A DNA stretch of 64,000 nucleotides from the NCBI RefSeq assembly GCF_009914755.1, contig NC_060939.1; one strand, given 5' to 3'. Positions 56,301 through 64,000 of this stretch are shown piece by piece (the stretch's first letter is position 1; each line of letters begins with the position of its first letter). Below the pieces are notes generated by a model. The model ran no database searches. It was not told where the DNA came from and saw nothing but the letters and a program-made list of their open reading frames with translations. Both the position numbers and the translations under genes were made by a program. The DNA is from the human T2T-CHM13v2.0 reference genome, Homo sapiens.

Positions 56301-59300
56301 GTGAGATGAATGTACGTATGACAGAGAAGTTTCTCAGAATGCTTCTGTGTAGTTTTTATGCGAAGATATTCGACTTTCCACAGTACGCCTCAAAGTTCTC
56401 CAATTATCCACTCGTAGATCCTGCAAAAAGAGAGATTCAAAACTGCTCAATCAAAAGATAGTTTCTACTCCATTAGCTGAAAGACCACATCACAAAAAAA
56501 GTTTCTCAGGATGCTTCTGTGTAGTTTTTATGTGAAGATATTTGGTTTTCCACAGTAGGCCTCAAAGCGCTCCAAATATCCACTCACAGATTCTGCAAAA
56601 AGAGAGATTCAAAACTGCTGAATCAAAAGACAGTTTCAACTCTGTGACTTCAGTGCACACCTCACAAGGATGTTTCTCAGAATGCTTCTGTGTAGTTTTT
56701 ATATAAAGATATCTCCTTCTCCAAAATGGATCTCAAAGTTCTCCAAATATTCACTTCCAGATTCTATGGAAAGATTGTCTCAAAACTGCTCAATCAAACC
56801 AAAGGTTCAACTCTGTGAGATGAATGCCCACATCACAAAGAAGTTTCTCAGAGTACTTCTGTGTAGTTTCTATTTGAGGATAGTTCCTTTTCCACCACAG
56901 ACCAGAAAGGGCTCCAAATATCCATTGCAGATGGTACAAAAAGTGAGATTCAAAACTGCTCAATCCAAAGGTAGTTTCAACCATGTGATATGAATGCACA
57001 CAGCACAGAGAATTTTCTCAAAATGCGTCTGCCTAGTTTTTATTTGAAGATATTTCCTTTTCTACCATAGGCCACAAACGTCTCCAAATATCCACATGCA
57101 GCTTCTACAAAAAGAGAGATTCAAAACTTCTCAATCAAAAGATAGGTTCAACTCTGTGAGTTGAAAGCACACCTCACAGAGAAGTTTCTCAGAGTGCTTC
57201 TGTGTGTTTTTATGTGAAGATATTTCCTTTTCCACAATAGGCCTCAAAGCTCTCCAAATATCTGCGAGCAGAGTCTACAAAATGAGAGATTCAAAACTGC
57301 TCAATGAAAAGATAGGTTCAACTCTGTGAGTTGAATGCACACCTCCAAAGAAGTTTCTCAGAATGCTTCCGTGTAGTTTTTATGTGAAGATATTTACTTT
57401 TCCACAGTTGTCCCAAAGCTCTAAAATGTCCACTTGCAGACCCTCCAAAAGAGTGTTTCAGAATTGCTCAATCAAAGGGAAGGTTCAATTCTGTGTGACC
57501 AATGCACTCATCACAAAGAAGTTTGTCTGAATGCTTCTGTGTAGAATTGATTTGAAGATAATTCCTTTTCCACCACAGTCCGCAAAGGGCTAAAAATATC
57601 CACTTGCCGATTCCACAAAAAGAGAGATTCAAAACTGCTCAATCACAAGATAGGTTCAACTTGGTAATTGGAAAGCACACATGACAAACAATTTCTGAGA
57701 ATGTTTCTGTGTAGTTTTTAAGGGAAGATATTTGATTTTCAAATGTAGGCCTCAAATCGCTCCAAATATCCACTTGCATATTGTACAAAAAGAGAGATTC
57801 AAAACTGGTCACTCAAAAGTTAGGTCCAGCTCTGTGAGCTGAATGCACACATCACAAAGATGTTTCTCAGAAGGTTTCTGTATAGTTTCTATATGAAGAT
57901 ATTGGCTTTTCCACAATATGCCTCAAATCTCCCCAATTATCCACTTGCAGATTCTAGAAAAAGAGTGTTTCAAAACAGCTCAATCAAAATAAACTTTCAA
58001 CTCTGTGAGATCAATGCACACATCACAAAGAAGTTTCTCAGAATGCTTCTGTGTAGTTTTTTTTGTGAAGATATTTGATTTTCCACAGCAGGCTTCCAAG
58101 CACTCCAAATATCCACTCGCAGATTCTGCAAAAAGAGAGATTCAAATCTGCTGAATCAAAAGATAGGTTTAACTCTGTGACTTCAATGCACACCTCACAA
58201 GGGTGTTTCTCAGAAAGCTTCTGTGTAGTTTTTATATGAAGATATCTCCTTCTCCAAAGCAGGTCTCAAAGCCCTCCAAATATTCACTTCAAGATTCTAC
58301 GGAAAGATTGTCTCAACACTGCTAAATCTAAACAAATGTTCAACTCTGTGTGATGAATGCACTCATCACAGAGAAGTTTCTCTGAATGCCTCTGTGTAGT
58401 TTTTATTTGAAGATATTTGCTTTTCCAGTATAGGGCGAAATAGGGCTCCAAATATTCACTTGCAGATTCTACAAAAGGAGAGATTCCAAACTGCTCAATC
58501 AAAACATAGGTTCAACACTGTGAGTTGAATGCACACATCACAAAGAAGTTTCACAGAGTGCTTCTGGGTAGTTTTTATTTGAGGATATTTCCCTTTCCAC
58601 AATAGGCCTCAAAGCTTTCCAAATATCCACTTGCAGATTCTGCAAAAAGAGAGATACAAAACTGCTCTATCAAAAGATAGATTCGACTCTGTGAGTTGAA
58701 TGCCAACATCGCAAAGAAGTTTCTCAGAATGCTTCTCTGCAGCTTTTTTGTGAGTATGTTTCGTTTTCCACCATAGGGCGAAATGGGGCTCCAAATATCC
58801 ACTTGCATTTCCTACAAAAAGAGAGATTCTAAGCTGCTCAATCAAAACATTGTTTCAACACGGTTAGTTGAATGCACACATCCCAAAGATGTTTTTCAGA
58901 GTGCTTCTGTGTGGTTTTTATGTGAAGATACTTCCTTTTCCACAATAGGCCTCAAATCTCTGTAAATATCCACTTGCAGACTCTACAAAGAGTGTTTCCA
59001 AACTCCTCAATCATAAGATAGGTTCAACTCCGATAGTTGAATGCACACATCACAAAGAAGTTTCTCGGAAAGCTTCTGTGTAGTTTTTGATGAAGATATC
59101 TTCTTCTCTAAAACAGAACTCCAAGCCCTCCAAATATTCACTTCAAGATTCTACGGAAAGATTGTCTCAAACTGCTAAATCAAAACAAAGGTTCAACTCT
59201 GTGTGATGAATGCATTCATCACAAAGAAGTTTCTCTGAGTGCTTCTGTGCAGTTTTTATTTGAAGATAATTGCTTTTCCAGTATAGGGCGAAATAGGGCT

Positions 59301-61445
59301 CCAAATATTCACTTGCAGATTCTACAGAAAGAGAGATTCCAAACTGCTCAATCAAAACATAGGTTCAACACTGTGAGTTGAATGCATACATCGCAAAGAA
59401 GTTTCACAGAGTACTTCTGGGTGGTTTTTATTTGAAGATATTTCCCTTTCCACAATAGGCCTCAAAGCTTTCCAAATGTCCACTTGCAGATTCCACCAAA
59501 AGAGTGTTTCGAAACTGCTCAATCAAAAGAAAGGTTCTACTCTGTGGGATGAATGCACACATCACAAAGTAGTTTCTCAGAATGCTTCTGTGTAGTTTTT
59601 ATGTGAAGATATTTGTTTTTCCACAGTAGGCCCCAAAGAGCTCCAAATATTCACTTGCAGATTCTACAAAAAGAGTGTTCCAAAACTGCTCAATCATGAA
59701 ATAGGATCAACCCTGTGAGATGAATGTACGTATGACAGAGAAGTTTCTCAGAATGCTTCTGTGTAGTTTTTATGCGAAGATATTCGACTTTCCACAGTAC
59801 GCCTCAAAGTTCTCCAATTATCCACTCGTAGATCCTGCAAAAAGAGAGATTCAAAACTGCTCAATCAAAACATAGTTTCTACTCCATTAGCTGAAAGACC
59901 ACATCACAAAAAAAGTTTCTCAGGATGCTTCTGTGTAGTTTTTATGTGAAGATATTTGGTTTTCCACAGTAGGCCTCAAAGCGCTCCAAATATCCACTCA
60001 CAGATTCTGCAAAAAGAGAGATTCAAAACTGCTGAATCAAAAGACAGTTTCAACTCTGTGACTTCAGTGCACACCTCACAAGGATGTTTCTCAGAATGCT
60101 TCTGTGTAGTTTTTATATAAAGATATCTCCTTCTCCAAAATGGATCTCAAAGTTCTCCAAATATTCACTTCCAGATTCTATGGAAAGATTGTCTCAAAAC
60201 TGCTCAATCAAACCAAAGGTTCAACTCTGTGAGATGAATGCCCACATCACAAAGAAGTTTCTCAGAGTACTTCTGTGTAGTTTCTATTTGAGGATAGTTC
60301 CTTTTCCACCACAGACCAGAAAGGGCTCCAAATATCCATTGCAGATGGTACAAAAAGTGAGATTCAAAACTGCTCAATCCAAAGGTAGTTTCAACCATGT
60401 GATATGAATGCACACAGCACAGAGAATTTTCTCAAAATGCGTCTGTCTAGTTTTTATTTGAAGATATTTCCTTTTCTACCATAGGCCACAAACGTCTCCA
60501 AATATCCACATGCAGCTTCTACAAAAAGAGAGATTCAAAACTTCTCAATCAAAAGATAGGTTCAACTCTGTGAGTTGAAAGCACACCTCACAGAGAAGTT
60601 TCTCAGAGTGCTTCTGTGTGTTTTTATGTGAAGATATTTCCTTTTCCACAATAGGCCTCAAAGCTCTCCAAATATCTGCGAGCAGAGTCTACAAAATGAG
60701 AGATTCAAAACTGCTCAATGAAAAGATAGGTTCAACTCTGTGAGTTGAATGCACACCTCCAAAGAAGTTTCTCAGAATGCTTCCGTGTAGTTTTTATGTG
60801 AAGATATTTACTTTTCCACAGTTGTCCCAAAGCTCTAAAATGTCCACTTGCAGACCCTCCAAAAGAGTGTTTCAGAATTGCTCAATCAAAGGGAAGGTTC
60901 AATTCTGTGTGACCAATGCACTCATCACAAAGAAGTTTGTCTGAATGCTTCTGTGTAGAATTGATTTGAAGATAATTCCTTTTCCACCACAGTCCGCAAA
61001 GGGCTAAAAATATCCACTTGCCGATTCCACAAAAAGAGAGATTCAAAACTGCTCAATCACAAGATAGGTTCAACTTGGTAATTGGAAAGCACACATGACA
61101 AACAATTTCTGAGAATGTTTCTGTGTAGTTTTTAAGGGAAGATATTTGATTTTCAAATGTAGGCCTCAAATCGCTCCAAATATCCACTTGCATATTGTAC
61201 AAAAAGAGAGATTCAAAACTGGTCACTCAAAAGTTAGGTCCAGCTCTGTGAGCTGAATGCACACATCACAAAGATGTTTCTCAGAAGGTTTCTGTATAGT
61301 TTCTATATGAAGATATTGGCTTTTCCACAATATGCCTCAAATCTCCCCAATTATCCACTTGCAGATTCTAGAAAAAGAGTGTTTCAAAACAGCTCAATCA
61401 AAATAAACTTTCAACTCTGTGAGATCAATGCACACATCACAAAGA
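44376..61445 (-). repeat. HOR copies 14-18 (canonical 3,414 bp each)
   Basis: Constant 3,414-bp spacing from 44628 to 61698; SNVs only. Confidence 0.95.
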
Positions 61446-64000
61446 AGTTTCTCAGAATGCTTCTGTGTAGTTTTTTTTGTGAAGATATTTGATTTTCCAC
61501 AGCAGGCTTCCAAGCACTCCAAATATCCACTCGCAGATTCTGCAAAAAGAGAGATTCAAATCTGCTGAATCAAAAGATAGGTTTAACTCTGTGACTTCAA
61601 TGCACACCTCACAAGGGTGTTTCTCAGAAAGCTTCTGTGTAGTTTTTATATGAAGATATCTCCTTCTCCAAAGCAGGTCTCAAAGCCCTCCAAATATTCA
61701 CTTCAAGATTCTACGGAAAGATTGTCTCAACACTGCTAAATCTAAACAAATGTTCAACTCTGTGTGATGAATGCACTCATCACAGAGAAGTTTCTCTGAA
61801 TGCCTCTGTGTAGTTTTTATTTGAAGATATTTGCTTTTCCAGTATAGGGCGAAATAGGGCTCCAAATATTCACTTGCAGATTCTACAAAAGGAGAGATTC
61901 CAAACTGCTCAATCAAAACATAGGTTCAACACTGTGAGTTGAATGCACACATCACAAAGAAGTTTCACAGAGTGCTTCTGGGTAGTTTTTATTTGAGGAT
62001 ATTTCCCTTTCCACAATAGGCCTCAAAGCTTTCCAAATATCCACTTGCAGATTCTGCAAAAAGAGAGATACAAAACTGCTCTATCAAAAGATAGATTCGA
62101 CTCTGTGAGTTGAATGCCAACATCGCAAAGAAGTTTATCAGAATGCTTCTCTGCAGCTTTTTTGTGAGTATGTTTCGTTTTCCACCATAGGGCGAAATGG
62201 GGCTCCAAATATCCACTTGCATTTCCTACAAAAAGAGAGATTCTAAGCTGCTCAATCAAAACATTGTTTCAACACGGTTAGTTGAATGCACACATCCCAA
62301 AGATGTTTTTCAGAGTGCTTCTGTGTGGTTTTTATGTGAAGATACTTCCTTTTCCACAATAGGCCCCAAATCTCTGTAAATATCCACTTGCAGACTCTAC
62401 AAAGAGTGTTTCCAAACTCCTCAATCATAAGATAGGTTCAACTCCGATAGTTGAATGCACACATCACAAAGAAGTTTCTCGGAAAGCTTCTGTGTAGTTT
62501 TTGATGAAGATATCTTCTTCTCTAAAACAGAACTCCAAGCCCTCCAAATATTCACTTCAAGATTCTACGGAAAGATTGTCTCAAACTGCTAAATCAAAAC
62601 AAAGGTTCAACTCTGTGTGATGAATGCATTCATCACAAAGAAGTTTCTCTGAGTGCTTCTGTGCAGTTTTTATTTGAAGATAATTGCTTTTCCAGTATAG
62701 GGCGAAATAGGGCTCCAAATATTCACTTGCAGATTCTACAGAAAGAGAGATTCCAAACTGCTCAATCAAAACATAGGTTCAACACTGTGAGTTGAATGCA
62801 TACATCGCAAAGAAGTTTCACAGAGTACTTCTGGGTGGTTTTTATTTGAAGATATTTCCCTTTCCACAATAGGCCTCAAAGCTTTCCAAATGTCCACTTG
62901 CAGATTCCACCAAAAGAGTGTTTCGAAACTGCTCAATCAAAAGAAAGGTTCTACTCTGTGGGATGAATGCACACATCACAAAGTAGTTTCTCAGAATGCT
63001 TCTGTGTAGTTTTTATGTGAAGATATTTGTTTTTCCACAGTAGGCCCCAAAGAGCTCCAAATATTCACTTGCAGATTCTACAAAAAGAGTGTTCCAAAAC
63101 TGCTCAATCATGAAATAGGATCAACCCTGTGAGATGAATGTACGTATGACAGAGAAGTTTCTCAGAATGCTTCTGTGTAGTTTTTATGCGAAGATATTCG
63201 ACTTTCCACAGTACGCCTCAAAGTTCTCCAATTATCCACTCGTAGATCCTGCAAAAAGAGAGATTCAAAACTGCTCAATCAAAACATAGTTTCTACTCCA
63301 TTAGCTGAAAGACCACATCACAAAAAAAGTTTCTCAGGATGCTTCTGTGTAGTTTTTATGTGAAGATATTTGGTTTTCCACAGTAGGCCTCAAAGCGCTC
63401 CAAATATCCACTCACAGATTCTGCAAAAAGAGAGATTCAAAACTGCTGAATCAAAAGACAGTTTCAACTCTGTGACTTCAGTGCACACCTCACAAGGATG
63501 TTTCTCAGAATGCTTCTGTGTAGTTTTTATATAAAGATATCTCCTTCTCCAAAATGGATCTCAAAGTTCTCCAAATATTCACTTCCAGATTCTATGGAAA
63601 GATTGTCTCAAAACTGCTCAATCAAACCAAAGGTTCAACTCTGTGAGATGAATGCCCACATCACAAAGAAGTTTCTCAGAGTACTTCTGTGTAGTTTCTA
63701 TTTGAGGATAGTTCCTTTTCCACCACAGACCAGAAAGGGCTCCAAATATCCATTGCAGATGGTACAAAAAGTGAGATTCAAAACTGCTCAATCCAAAGGT
63801 AGTTTCAACCATGTGATATGAATGCACACAGCACAGAGAATTTTCTCAAAATGCGTCTGCCTAGTTTTTATTTGAAGATATTTCCTTTTCTACCATAGGC
63901 CACAAACGTCTCCAAATATCCACATGCAGCTTCTACAAAAAGAGAGATTCAAAACTTCTCAATCAAAAGATAGGTTCAACTCTGTGAGTTGAAAGCACAC
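61446..64000 (-). repeat. HOR copy 19, partial (monomers 1-15, cut by the window edge)
   Basis: Matches HOR positions 1-2555; the array continues beyond the window. Confidence 0.95.

Larger units (their letters stand above)
1..64000 (-). repeat. Alpha satellite (alphoid) higher-order repeat array, 3,414-bp 20-mer HOR, about 18.75 copies, CENP-B-box-free
   Basis: Tandem ~171-bp monomers carry alphoid motifs (agtttctcagaatgcttctgtgtagtttttatgtgaagatattt; ccaaatatccacttgcagattc; ggttcaactctgtgagttgaatgcacacatcacaaaga). This is the reverse complement of the usual CATTCTCAGAAACTTCTTTGTGATGTG consensus. The ORF track repeats with a 3,414-bp period (253, 3667, 7081, ...). Confidence 0.99.

Noticed and set aside
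253-63827. About 150 short ORFs (60-107 aa) repeating every 3,414 bp, e.g. 2053..2376 MFLRMLLCSFY...
   Set aside because: They are chance translations of alphoid monomers. They overlap on both strands, carry the monomer period (HSEKLLCD, MFLRMLLCSF) and show no recognisable domain or gene structure. One is broken by a stop in copy 3. Their conservation reflects DNA homogenisation, not coding constraint.
1-64000. CRISPR-like regularly spaced repeats
   Set aside because: The whole 171-bp unit is homologous between monomers. There are no unique spacers and no cas genes.
1-64000. L1/Alu insertion, inversion or monomer-number HOR variants
   Set aside because: Landmark spacing is exactly 3,414 bp except for the +3 and -10 indels, and orientation never changes. 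There is no room for insertions or monomer deletions.

Overview
The whole 64 kb window is one uninterrupted, single-orientation array of primate (very probably human) centromeric or pericentromeric alpha satellite. It is organised as a 3,414-bp higher-order repeat (HOR) of 20 monomers of about 168-172 bp. There are 18 full copies plus about 0.75 of a 19th, starting at 1, 3415, 6829, 10243, 13657, 17071, 20488, 23902, 27316, 30730, 34144, 37558, 40972, 44376, 47790, 51204, 54618, 58032 and 61446. Copies differ by only a few SNVs plus one 3-bp insertion (copy 6) and one 10-bp microhomology deletion (copy 13). No monomer carries a CENP-B box; all are A-type (pJ-alpha-like). This fits an SF4-like HOR, possibly the 20-mer pericentromeric HOR of human chr15, which I could not verify. 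I found no genes, RNA genes, transposons or CRISPR arrays, and every ORF in the track is a repeat artefact. I did not find a new gene system. The interesting signal is structural: internal duplications inside the 20-mer, a perfect 22-bp palindrome once per HOR, and SNV sharing that suggests 1-HOR and 2-HOR duplications and short-tract conversion. Variants were read by eye, so the list is probably incomplete.
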